Source: Nostoc sp. (GTDB lineage Bacteria; Cyanobacteriota; Cyanobacteriia; Cyanobacteriales; Nostocaceae). Taken from it: 64,000 bases of DNA. Position 1 is the first letter of the stretch, and every line of letters begins with the position of its first letter. A program made the position numbers and the translations under genes. The DNA lies in the NCBI GenBank assembly GCA_036918135.1, contig JBALDB010000054.1:1-64000 (forward strand), written 5' to 3'. The notes beneath the pieces are model-generated. The model saw nothing but the letters and a program-made list of their open reading frames with translations, searched no databases and was not told where the DNA came from. Shown here piece by piece: positions 9,705 to 18,845 of the stretch.

Positions 9705-12284
9705 ATGGCAATAAAAAAATCTAGATTACGCAAAATTAAACGCTTTTTAACTGTACTGCTATTGTCTATCTTCTTAGGCGCTCTTTTATTGCCCCCCACT
9801 TTCGCACATATAACTGCGGAAAACTCCATTGTTCAAAAGTTACCCGATGCCCAAAACTTGCTGGAACAGGGCAGTAAATTTTATAAAACCGAACAGTTTG
9901 CTGAAGCTGCTACTTCTTGGCAACAGGCTTTCGCTGCATTCAAAGCTAATGAAGATGAACTGAGGCAAGCGATCGCACTGGGTAATCTCTCATTAGCTTA
10001 TCAACAATTGGGACAGTGGTCAGAGGCAGAAACTGCGATCGCTCAAAGTCTCAAATTATTACAAACTGCTGATCAAAAAAATGTAGATACTAAAGAGCAA
10101 ATTATAGTGCAAGTCTTAGATATCAAAGGTCGTCTGCAATTGGCTCAAGGCAAAGCTGAAGATGCCCTGAATACTTGGCGAGTAGCACTTGACATTTATA
10201 CCAAAATCGGCAATAAGAGGGCGGTTATTCAAAATCGGATTAATCAAGCGCAAGCTTTGCAAGCTTTAGGATTTTATCGGCAAGCCGAGAAGACCTTACG
10301 AGAAAGTACCCAAATTCTCCAAAGTCAACCCAACTCACCTGTTAAAGTTGCAGCCCTGCATAGTCTCGGTAATGTAGTGCAAGTTACAGGTGATTTAGAA
10401 ACATCTCGGCAGATATTGCAGCAAAGTTTAGAAGTAGCTTCATCGTTGCCAGATCGAGAAGCGATCGCTGATATTCTTCTCAGTCTTGGTAATACAGCCC
10501 GTGTTCAACAAGACACGCAAACAGCTATAAAATATTATCAACAAACTATCAAAACTGCAACTTCACCTATTACACGCATCCAAGCTCAAGCCAATCAACT
10601 AAGACTACTGCTGAAAACTGAGCAATTAGCAGCTTTCCAAACATTGTCCTCCCAAATTCAAACTCAGCTTCACGACTTACCCCTTAGTCGGGCAACAATT
10701 TCTGCCCAGATTAACTTTGCCCAAAGTCTAATGCAATTCCGAAAAAAAACCGCCGCAGATCCCTCATGGTTGGACATTGCCCAATTACTGGCAACTGCTA
10801 TTGAGCAAGCAAAAAGTTTGCAAGATAAACGCATACAATCCTATGCTATTGGTGTTTTAGGGCAAGTTTACGAACAAACTCAACAGTGGTCTGATGCTCA
10901 AAACCTCACCCAGCAAGCCTTGCTCATCGCTCAAGATATCGATGCTAAAGACATTGGCTATCAATGGCAATGGCAACTAGGACGTTTGCTGAAAGCAAAG
11001 GGAGATATAAAAGGAGCAGTAGCAGCTTACACAGAAGCAGTTAATAACCTCCAAGCCCTCCGTAGTGATTTAGTTGCTGTCAATTCTGCGGTGAAATTTT
11101 CCTTTCGAGAAGAAGTTGAACCAGTCTATCGACAGTTGGTTGATTTACTTTTGCAATCTCAGGGTAATCAAGTTAGCTTAGAAAATCTCGCCAAAGCCAG
11201 CAATACAATTGAATTAGTCCAAATAGCAGAACTAGAAAACTTCTTTCGCAACAACTGCTTAAATGCTCAAATCCGTAATCCCAAAAAAGATCCAACGGCA
11301 GCAATTATTTATCCATTTATTTTGCCAGACCGATTAGAGGTGATTGTTGAGTTGCCTCAACAGCGTTGGTTGCACTACACTATCCCTGTAGTTGAACAAG
11401 AATTAAAAACTACTTTAGCGCAACTACAGGAAAATCTACCCAAACCACACACGCTGCGACAGGTTCAATCTTTATCCCAGAAGGTTTACAAATGGCTGAT
11501 TCAACCTGCTGAAGCTGCCTTAGCTGAAAGTAAAATTCCTACTTTGGTGTTTGTGCTGGATGGTTGGTTGCGAAATATTCCGATGGCAGTTCTCTACGAT
11601 GGCAAACAGTATCTAGTTGAGAAGTATAACATTGCACTCACCCCCAGTCTGCAACTGATTGAACCCAAACCATTAGAGAAAGGGTTAAAGGCAATAGCCG
11701 CAGGATTGACTGAAGCAAGTTCGGGATTTTCTGCACTACCCAACGTCAAACTTGAATTAGAACAAATCCGCTCTCAAGTCCCTAGCAGCATCCTTCTGAA
11801 TCAAGAATTTACAAGCAAAGCTTTGCAAAACCGGATTAATTCTTTATCTTTCCCTATCGTTCATCTTGCAACTCATGGTCAGTTTAGCTCTAAGGCTGAA
11901 GAGACATTTATTGTCGCTTGGAATGAGCGTATTTATGTGAAAAAGTTAAATGAGTTAGTGCGAACGCTAGAGCAAAATAGACCCGAAGCGATTGAATTAC
12001 TGATTCTTAGTGCCTGTCAAACAGCTGCTGGGGACGAACAAGCTGCACTGGGAATTGCTGGTGTCGCTTTTCAAGCAGGAGCACGCAGTACCATCGCTTC
12101 TTTGTGGAACTTGGATGATGAGTCTACTGCTGTGTTGATGAGTCAATTTTACCAAGAGTTAGCCAACAAAAATCTGACTAAAGCTGAAGTACTCCGTCGC
12201 GCCCAGCTCGCTCTTTTGCAAAATCCCAAATACAAACGTCCCAGGTTTTGGGCCCCTTATGTTCTGTTAGGCAACTGGCTTTGA
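9705..12284 (+). CDS. TPR-repeat + CHAT (caspase-HetF-associated) domain protein
   Basis: N-terminal signal/TM segment, TPR-like repeats, catalytic VHLATHG and LILSACQTA, C-terminal FWAPYVLLGNWL. Confidence 0.93.
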   Translation: MAIKKSRLRKIKRFLTVLLLSIFLGALLLPPTFAHITAENSIVQKLPDAQNLLEQGSKFYKTEQFAEAATSWQQAFAAFKANEDELRQAIALGNLSLAYQQLGQWSEAETAIAQSLKLLQTADQKNVDTKEQIIVQVLDIKGRLQLAQGKAEDALNTWRVALDIYTKIGNKRAVIQNRINQAQALQALGFYRQAEKTLRESTQILQSQPNSPVKVAALHSLGNVVQVTGDLETSRQILQQSLEVASSLPDREAIADILLSLGNTARVQQDTQTAIKYYQQTIKTATSPITRIQAQANQLRLLLKTEQLAAFQTLSSQIQTQLHDLPLSRATISAQINFAQSLMQFRKKTAADPSWLDIAQLLATAIEQAKSLQDKRIQSYAIGVLGQVYEQTQQWSDAQNLTQQALLIAQDIDAKDIGYQWQWQLGRLLKAKGDIKGAVAAYTEAVNNLQALRSDLVAVNSAVKFSFREEVEPVYRQLVDLLLQSQGNQVSLENLAKASNTIELVQIAELENFFRNNCLNAQIRNPKKDPTAAIIYPFILPDRLEVIVELPQQRWLHYTIPVVEQELKTTLAQLQENLPKPHTLRQVQSLSQKVYKWLIQPAEAALAESKIPTLVFVLDGWLRNIPMAVLYDGKQYLVEKYNIALTPSLQLIEPKPLEKGLKAIAAGLTEASSGFSALPNVKLELEQIRSQVPSSILLNQEFTSKALQNRINSLSFPIVHLATHGQFSSKAEETFIVAWNERIYVKKLNELVRTLEQNRPEAIELLILSACQTAAGDEQAALGIAGVAFQAGARSTIASLWNLDDESTAVLMSQFYQELANKNLTKAEVLRRAQLALLQNPKYKRPRFWAPYVLLGNWL

Positions 12285-12359
12285 ACCACTCTCACCACTT
12301 CAAGTAGTGGGATTCAGGCTAGGAGTTGGAGTTAAGTTTTTGTCCATTTACTTACGCAG

Positions 12360-12590
12360 ATGCGATCGCATCGACTGACAATTTGATCGCATTGACCAAC
12401 AATGCCATTGCATCGACTGACAATGCAATTGTATCGACTGACAATGCCATTGCATCGATTAACAATTCGATTGTATTGGGTGACAATGCCATTGTATCGA
12501 CTGACAATGCGATTGTATCGACCGACAATGCCATTGTATCGGCTAACAATAGGATTGTATTGGGTGACAATGCCATTGCATCGGCTAATG
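12360..12590. repeat. 21-bp tandem repeat array A (11 units)
   Basis: Units of consensus ATGCCATTGYATCGRCTRACA, contiguous with no spacers; counted by hand. Confidence 0.95.
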
Positions 12591-12753
12591 AATTATGGTG
12601 TATAAATTTATGCAAAAAAAAAGTAGATTTTGCGTAAAACTAAGGCGATCGCAACTGAGAATTATCCACAGGTGATTGTAACCACTGTAAACTCACATTA
12701 GGGGTGTGACATAACCAAAAGTTTAGCAACTATTGTTTGCTAAGAGGCGTGCA

Positions 12754-15700
12754 ATGTCTAAAATAAGTATTCGTTGGGGCTGGTTTATCCCAATTGCAAT
12801 ATGTGGTTCATGCGTTTGCAGTACAAATTGCGCTGTTGCCCAAATTATCCCAGATGGCACTTTGCCTAATAACTCTAGTGTCAAATTAGAAGGGAACAAC
12901 AGCAGCATTAGCATCATTTCAGGAGGAACTCAAGCAGGTGGCAATTTGTTCCACAGCTTTCGGGAATTTTCTGTCCCGACTAACGGCGCTGCTTTATTTA
13001 ATAATGCTGCGGATATTCAGAATATTATCAGTCGGGTAACGGGTGGGTCAGTCTCTAATATTGATGGGTTAATTTACGCTAATGGCACAGCTAATTTATT
13101 TTTGATAAATCCTAACGGAATTGTATTTGGTCAGAATGCTTCGTTAAATATAGGTGGTTCCTTTGTGGCGACTACTGCCAATGCACTGCAATTTGGAAAT
13201 CGAGGATTTTTTAGCGCTAGTAATCAAAATATCCCTTCACCGTTGTTGACTATTAATCCTTCAGCATTGCTGTTTAATCAGATTAATCAAAACGCAGTGA
13301 TTCAAAATAACTCAGTTGCATTCGCAGGAATAGATCCAGCAGGGTTAAACGCATTTGGTTTACGAGTACCAAATGGTAAGAGTTTGCTGCTGGTGGGTGG
13401 TAATGTCAGCATGGATGGGGGAGAATTAAATGCTTATGGTGGACGAGTTGAGTTAGGAGGGTTGGCCCAAGCTGGTATTGTAGCGTTGGGTGTAAATGGC
13501 GATAATCTCAGCTTAAGATTTCCTGAGAATATTGCGCGAACTTCGGTATCCCTTACTAATCAAGCTGCGATATACGTAGAAGGGACTGGTGGCGGTAATA
13601 TTGCAGTCAATGCTAAGAATCTAGATATATTGGCAGGAAGTATTTTAAGCGGTGGTATTGGGCAAGGTTTGGGGACATCTGAAACCGTTGCAGGAGATAT
13701 TACGCTGAATGCTACCGGGTCAATCAAAGTTACTGATGGGAGCATAGTTCGCAATCCTGTGCGTTTGGGGTCACTTGGCAATGGGGGAAACATTACTATC
13801 GATTCTGGTTCCTTCTCATTACAAGATGGCGCTCAACTTTTTGCTTCAACTTCGGGACAAGGGAATGCGGGGAATGTGACAGTGGGGGCACGAGATGCTG
13901 TTTTCCTTGCATATGCTTCCATGCTCAGCACGGTAGAATCAGGGGGTGTAGGTAAAGGTGGCAATATCGACATCAATGCTGCAACTCTGTCACTATTTGA
14001 TGGCGCTCAACTGCAAACTACTACTCGTCGTGCATCTGATACCCAGCCAGCAGGACGGGGGAATGCGGGGAATGTCAATGTGAATGTTACTGAGTTAGTT
14101 GATATTGCTGGGGAGAAAAATGGTTTTTTTAGTGTGATTTACAGCACAGTGGATACGGGGGCAGTTGGCAATGGGGGTAATATTACTATTGATTCTGGTT
14201 CTTTCTCGTTACGAGATGGCGCTGCACTTGCTGCCTCAACATTTGGACAAGGGAATGCGGGGAATGTGACAGTGCGGGCACGAGATGCTGTTTCCCTTCT
14301 TGCAGATGGTTCCATCTTCAGCATGGTGGAAGCTGGAGGTGTCGGTAAAGGTGGCAATATTGACATCAATGCTGCAACTCTGTCACTATTTGATGGCGCT
14401 CAACTACTAACCTTTACTCGTGGCGCGTCTGCTACCCAACCAGCAGGACAGGGGGATGCGGGGAATGTGAATGTAAAAGTTACTAGATCAGTTGATATTG
14501 CTGGGAAGAAAAATAATTTTTTTAGTGAGATTCGCAGTGGGGTTGGAACAGGAACACAAGGCAATGGGGGTAATATTACTATTGACTCCGGCTCATTCTC
14601 GTTACAAGATGGCGCTCAACTTGTTGCCTCAACATTTGGACAAGGCAATGCAGGGAATGTGACAGTGCGGGCACGAGATGCTGTTGACATTGTTGGTAAT
14701 GCTGGCATCTTCAGCACAGTGGAAGCTAGGGGTGTTGGTAAAGGTGGCAATATCAACATCAATGCTGCAACTGTGTCGCTATTTGATGGCGCTCAACTGC
14801 AAACTGTCACTAGTGGACAAGGCAATGCAGGGAATGTAATAGTGCAGGCACGAGATGCTGTTTCCTTTGCAGATGCTGACATCTTCAGCACGGTGGAAGC
14901 TGGGGGTGTTGGTAAAGGTGGCAATATCAACATCAATGCAGCAACACTATCACTAATTGATGGCGCTCAACTGCTAACCCTAACTAGTGGTGCATCTGCA
15001 ACAGCGCCAGCAGGACGGGGGGATGCGGGGAACGTCAATGTTAATGTTACTAGGTCAGTTAATATTGCTGGGGAGAAAAACAGTTCTGTTAGTGCGATTT
15101 TCAGTCGAGTGGAAACGGGGACAGTTGGCAATGGGGGTAACATTACTATCGATTCTAGTTCCTTCTCATTACAAAATGGCGCTCAACTTGAAGCCTCAAC
15201 TTTTGGACAAGGGAATGCAGGCACAATCAAAGTTAATGCTGCTAATTTTTTTACCATTTCTGGCAAGAGTTCTAACTTGAACAGTGGCTTGTTTGTGAAC
15301 TCCCAAAGTCCGACGGGTACCGCTGGAGATGTTATCGTCACCTCACCTAGAGTTACCTTAGATAACGGTGGCACACTCAACGCTCAATCTGCATCAGGTA
15401 AGGGTGGCAACATCAACTTACAAACTGATTTACTGCTTCTGCGTCGTGGCGCTTCCATTTCCACCACCGCAGGCACGGCACAAGCTGGTGGTAATGGTGG
15501 CAACATTAATATTGATGCCCCGTCGGGCTTCATTGTTGCCGTGCCAAGCGAAAATAGCGATATCACTGCTAATGCCTATACAGGCAGTGGTGGGAGAGTA
15601 GATATTCAAGCCTTTGGTATTTATGGCATTCAACGCCGCTCTAACCTAACTTCTCTTTCGGATATCACCGCTAGTTCTGAGTTTGGTGTTAACGGCACTG

Positions 15701-16173
15701 TAGAACTTAATACGCTGGATATTGACCCTAACAGTGGCTTAGTCAATTTACCAACCGTACCAGTTGATACCTCTGTAGCACAGACTTGTCAAGCTGGTGG
15801 AAATTTAGCTAAAAGCAGTTTTACAATCACTGGACGCGGCGGGTTGCCACCTAACCCAGGCGAAGCTCTTAACACTGATGCAGTGCAGGTAGATTTGGTG
15901 AGTCTCAATCCAAATAGTGATAACCGCGATCGCCCACATTTTACCAGCAAAATAACTACCCCTGCACCAGAACCGATCATAGAAGCTACTGGTTTGGCGC
16001 TAAACGAAAAAGGGGAAGTTGTCCTGACAGCAAACCTTCCCATCACTACGCCCCATAGTCCTTGGTTAAAGCCTGCATCTTGTAGAGCAATTCGTAATAC
16101 TTCGGCTACACCCTTCTCTACGAGAGGCTTGGCCAACGACTACACTCAGGACAAGCTTAGTACAAGTTTGTAA
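12754..16173 (+). CDS. Filamentous haemagglutinin-family (TPS/haemagg_act) exoprotein
   Basis: Signal peptide ending AVAQ-IIPDGTL, NLFHSFREFSV, NLFLINPNGIVFG; long GNGGNITI/GNAGNVTV beta-helix repeats; C-terminal SSFTITGRGGLPPNP. Confidence 0.95.
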   Translation: MSKISIRWGWFIPIAICGSCVCSTNCAVAQIIPDGTLPNNSSVKLEGNNSSISIISGGTQAGGNLFHSFREFSVPTNGAALFNNAADIQNIISRVTGGSVSNIDGLIYANGTANLFLINPNGIVFGQNASLNIGGSFVATTANALQFGNRGFFSASNQNIPSPLLTINPSALLFNQINQNAVIQNNSVAFAGIDPAGLNAFGLRVPNGKSLLLVGGNVSMDGGELNAYGGRVELGGLAQAGIVALGVNGDNLSLRFPENIARTSVSLTNQAAIYVEGTGGGNIAVNAKNLDILAGSILSGGIGQGLGTSETVAGDITLNATGSIKVTDGSIVRNPVRLGSLGNGGNITIDSGSFSLQDGAQLFASTSGQGNAGNVTVGARDAVFLAYASMLSTVESGGVGKGGNIDINAATLSLFDGAQLQTTTRRASDTQPAGRGNAGNVNVNVTELVDIAGEKNGFFSVIYSTVDTGAVGNGGNITIDSGSFSLRDGAALAASTFGQGNAGNVTVRARDAVSLLADGSIFSMVEAGGVGKGGNIDINAATLSLFDGAQLLTFTRGASATQPAGQGDAGNVNVKVTRSVDIAGKKNNFFSEIRSGVGTGTQGNGGNITIDSGSFSLQDGAQLVASTFGQGNAGNVTVRARDAVDIVGNAGIFSTVEARGVGKGGNININAATVSLFDGAQLQTVTSGQGNAGNVIVQARDAVSFADADIFSTVEAGGVGKGGNININAATLSLIDGAQLLTLTSGASATAPAGRGDAGNVNVNVTRSVNIAGEKNSSVSAIFSRVETGTVGNGGNITIDSSSFSLQNGAQLEASTFGQGNAGTIKVNAANFFTISGKSSNLNSGLFVNSQSPTGTAGDVIVTSPRVTLDNGGTLNAQSASGKGGNINLQTDLLLLRRGASISTTAGTAQAGGNGGNINIDAPSGFIVAVPSENSDITANAYTGSGGRVDIQAFGIYGIQRRSNLTSLSDITASSEFGVNGTVELNTLDIDPNSGLVNLPTVPVDTSVAQTCQAGGNLAKSSFTITGRGGLPPNPGEALNTDAVQVDLVSLNPNSDNRDRPHFTSKITTPAPEPIIEATGLALNEKGEVVLTANLPITTPHSPWLKPASCRAIRNTSATPFSTRGLANDYTQDKLSTSL
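16096..16167. repeat. Small dispersed repeat inserted into the 3' end of the haemagglutinin gene
   Basis: AATACTTC..CTTCTCTACGAGAGGCT..CCAACG..AGTACAAGT within AATTCGT heptamers; related copy at 33197-33244. Confidence 0.7.
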
Positions 16174-16223
16174 TTCGTAATTTAATAAAGTCAGATTGCA
16201 ATCTGGTTTTTTATCGACTTGCA

Positions 16224-16349
16224 ATGGCATTGTATCGACTAACAATGCCATTGCATCGATTTACAATGCGATCGCATCAACTAACAATGCCATTGTTTTG
16301 ACTAACAATTCGATTGTATTGGCTGACAATGCGATCGCATCGGCTGATG
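16224..16349. repeat. 21-bp tandem repeat array B (6 units plus a degenerate leader unit)
   Basis: Same consensus as array A; 3' flank paralogous to array A, 5' flank paralogous to array C. Confidence 0.95.
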
Positions 16350-16449
16350 AATTATGGTGTATAAATTTATGTAAATAAATTAGTTAGTTTTGCGTAAAAC
16401 TAACGCCATTGCAACTGAGAGTTATCTAGGGAAGACTGCAACCACTGTA

Positions 16450-16618
16450 ACCTGGATTTCTCACAAGTAAGAAATCCAAGGAGTGTGAGAAGTGTGGGAA
16501 GAAAAGGAGGTGTGGGAGGCGTGGGAGGATGGAGAAGAAATCTTGCCTCCCTCTCTCCCCACACTCCCCCATCCCCCGTACTGCCCGTACTCCTTACACT
16601 CTTGTGAGAAATCCGGGT
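16450..16618. mobile_element. MITE (169 bp)
   Basis: Inverted repeats ACCTGGATTTCTCACAAG / CTTGTGAGAAATCCGGGT (17/18); GTA duplicated at both ends; internal GTGTGGGAG-type repeats; extra left end at 16632-16648. Confidence 0.85.
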
Positions 16619-16677
16619 GTAAACCCACATTACCTGGATTTCTCACAAAGCTTGAAGAAATAGGGGTCAAAAACGTT

Positions 16678-18294
16678 TTAGACCAAAGTGCTATAGCACA
16701 AAGAGCCATCTGCAAAGATAAAATTCTCAAAACCTGTTGTGGACAGTGTAATAACATTTTTATTGTTATTGAAGCTGATGTTAGCTGGGTTTAGGGCATT
16801 GCCTGAAATTACACCAGAAAAAGTGAGTTCAGAGCGATTGAAAGCACTCAGGTCTAAGGTGTCAAAACCTTTTCCACCATCCACAGTCCCAGTACCAAAC
16901 CCTTTGAAGTAGTCATTTCCAGTACCTAGATCGATACCGATACCGCCACCAATAGTAACTTTTTGTCGAACTTCATTGATGGTACTGGTGGCTGTAATTT
17001 TGTCATTGCCATCGCCAGTTTTAATCATTCCTTTTCCATAAATGCCATAGGCACTACCATCAATTGTTGCTGTAGCCTGTCCGGTAAGAATGTCACAACC
17101 ATTTCCAGTATCAATTACTCCGTCGTTAGAGATGCCATAGGCAACGGGGTTCTGGGCTGAACCGTTGCCAGAACCAGTAATTGTGTCGTTGCCCTGCCCT
17201 GTGGTGATGGTGGCACCTTTGATGTTCTGGATGCCAGTTCCATTACTGGTGGGGCCGCCAGTACCTGTGCCAGTGCCTACGATGGTGTCTTCTCCGTCTC
17301 CGGTATCCAGTTTTTTACTGTTAGTGATGCCAGTTGCATTACCGACGATGCCCCTGCTGTCACCAGTCCCAGTGATTGTGTCATTTCCGTCCCCTGTATT
17401 CAGATTGCCATTATTGCTGATGCCAGTCGCTGCACCGTCATAGGTGGGTCCTAGCCCGTTGTCACCTTTGCCGCCGATACCGATGCCAGCGATGGTGTCA
17501 TTTCCGTCTCCGGTATCCAGTTGCCCAGTATTGCTGATACCTATCCCCAATCCGCCATCGCCGCCGAGGCGACCGCCACCACCAGTGCCGCCCTGACCAG
17601 TACCAGCGATTGTGTCATTTCCATCCCCTGCATTCAGTTTGCCACTGTTACTGATGCCTGTTCCAGTACCACCATTGCCGCCACCTAAGCCACTTTCACC
17701 ATTGCCGCCAGTGCCATTGCCGATGATAGTGTCATTTCCGTCCCCTGCATTCAGTTTGCCACTGTTACTGATGCCTGTCCCTACACCGCCGAAGCCGCCG
17801 AAGCCGCCGTCACCGCCGCCACCGCCGCCATTGCCGCCAGTGCCATTGCCGATGATAGTATCATTGCCCAACCCAGTATTAAGGATGCCAATGTTACTGA
17901 TGCCTGTTCCTACACCGCCATCGCCGCCATCGCCGCCAAAATCATAAATGCTACCGTCGCCATCAAGAAAAGGAGGCGAATCCCCGCCCTCGCCTCCACG
18001 ACCCCCAATACCCTTGCCGATGATAGCGTCGTCGCCCGACCCAGCATTCAGATTGCCATTATTGCTGATCCCGATTCCAGCACTGCCTTCGCTACCATTG
18101 ACGTTGATAGCACCATCACCGCCTTTACCGCCAGTACCGTTGCCTTTAATGGTGTCCTTTCCTGAGCCTGTATAAATTAAACCTCCAGTTAAAATATCAA
18201 TCCCAATTCCTGGAAATTTATTTAAATCTTCCCCTACTATTGTGTCCGAACCAGCAGTGCCTGTGAAATTGGGTGGAACCGTAAATCTAGGCAT
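16678..18294 (-). CDS. Glycine-rich repeat protein with RTX-like (GDGND) calcium-binding repeats
   Basis: Repeated GISNxGxLxxGDGNDTIxGxG units separated by poly-Gly loops; C-terminal GTGNDYFKG, GGKGFDTLDL, FENFIFAD; no Sec signal. Confidence 0.85.
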   Translation of the reverse strand: MPRFTVPPNFTGTAGSDTIVGEDLNKFPGIGIDILTGGLIYTGSGKDTIKGNGTGGKGGDGAINVNGSEGSAGIGISNNGNLNAGSGDDAIIGKGIGGRGGEGGDSPPFLDGDGSIYDFGGDGGDGGVGTGISNIGILNTGLGNDTIIGNGTGGNGGGGGGDGGFGGFGGVGTGISNSGKLNAGDGNDTIIGNGTGGNGESGLGGGNGGTGTGISNSGKLNAGDGNDTIAGTGQGGTGGGGRLGGDGGLGIGISNTGQLDTGDGNDTIAGIGIGGKGDNGLGPTYDGAATGISNNGNLNTGDGNDTITGTGDSRGIVGNATGITNSKKLDTGDGEDTIVGTGTGTGGPTSNGTGIQNIKGATITTGQGNDTITGSGNGSAQNPVAYGISNDGVIDTGNGCDILTGQATATIDGSAYGIYGKGMIKTGDGNDKITATSTINEVRQKVTIGGGIGIDLGTGNDYFKGFGTGTVDGGKGFDTLDLSAFNRSELTFSGVISGNALNPANISFNNNKNVITLSTTGFENFIFADGSLCYSTLV

Positions 18295-18752
18295 AATCAA
18301 AATCCTCTAAATTTAGATTAGTACTGAGCTTCTAAGTAGAGCAGCGTGAATCATTTAAGGTTTGTAGTGTACCCCTGCTCTTAAGCAAGTTAGCAAGAGC
18401 GTCTCGTAGAGAGGACTAAAGTCCTCAAATGATAGCTGAAGCCGCTGATTACAAACTAATCTTAATATTTTTTACATTCCTAAAATCTAGTTTGATTGAA
18501 GAAAGGCAGGAGGCAGCTATGCTGAAGGCAGAAGGCAGAAAAAGATACAAACCTTGCCCTTTGTGGGCAAAAAAATAAAAATATTCTTTGCCAGATGCGT
18601 AGCACAAAAACATATTCTTCCGTTGCATTCCTCTTCCGTTTATGGGAGAGGTTTCCCCAGCAAGAACTGCCCCCTAACTCCTGCCTTCATTGATTTATTC
18701 TTACCAATTTACTTACACATGTAGATTAAGGGAGAAGACCAGGTAATGAATC

Positions 18753-18806
18753 AGTAAACTAAAAAGTTTTTTAGAAGCCATAACACCGGACACTTCTTCT
18801 TAGCCA
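18753..18806. promoter_or_regulatory. Conserved intergenic motif, copy 2
   Basis: AGTAAACTAAAAAGTTTTTTAGAAG..GGACA..AGCCA, paralogous to 9441-9496. Confidence 0.55.
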
Positions 18807-18845
18807 CTTACCTGATTGCAATCTGTTTTTTTTCATTGATCTGCA

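Noticed and set aside
12290..12315. CACCACTTCAAGTAGTGGGA hairpin as an IS200/IS605 end
   Set aside because: Only a short imperfect hairpin with no tnpA/tnpB or partner end; it could simply be a terminator.
12352..12615. Reverse-strand ORF (LSVDAIA)n over array A as a real gene
   Set aside because: The equivalent frame has TAA stops in arrays B and C; likely a by-product of the repeat.
13780..15230. Long internal DNA repeats in the haemagglutinin gene as a DGR template/variable pair or separate element
   Set aside because: They are in-frame beta-helix repeats, differences are not adenine-specific, and no reverse transcriptase is present.
16400..16794. Overlapping short ORFs around 16.4-16.8 kb
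   Set aside because: They read through the MITE and its low-complexity interior.
17165..18175. Proline-rich + strand ORFs
   Set aside because: Antisense shadows of the glycine-rich gene.
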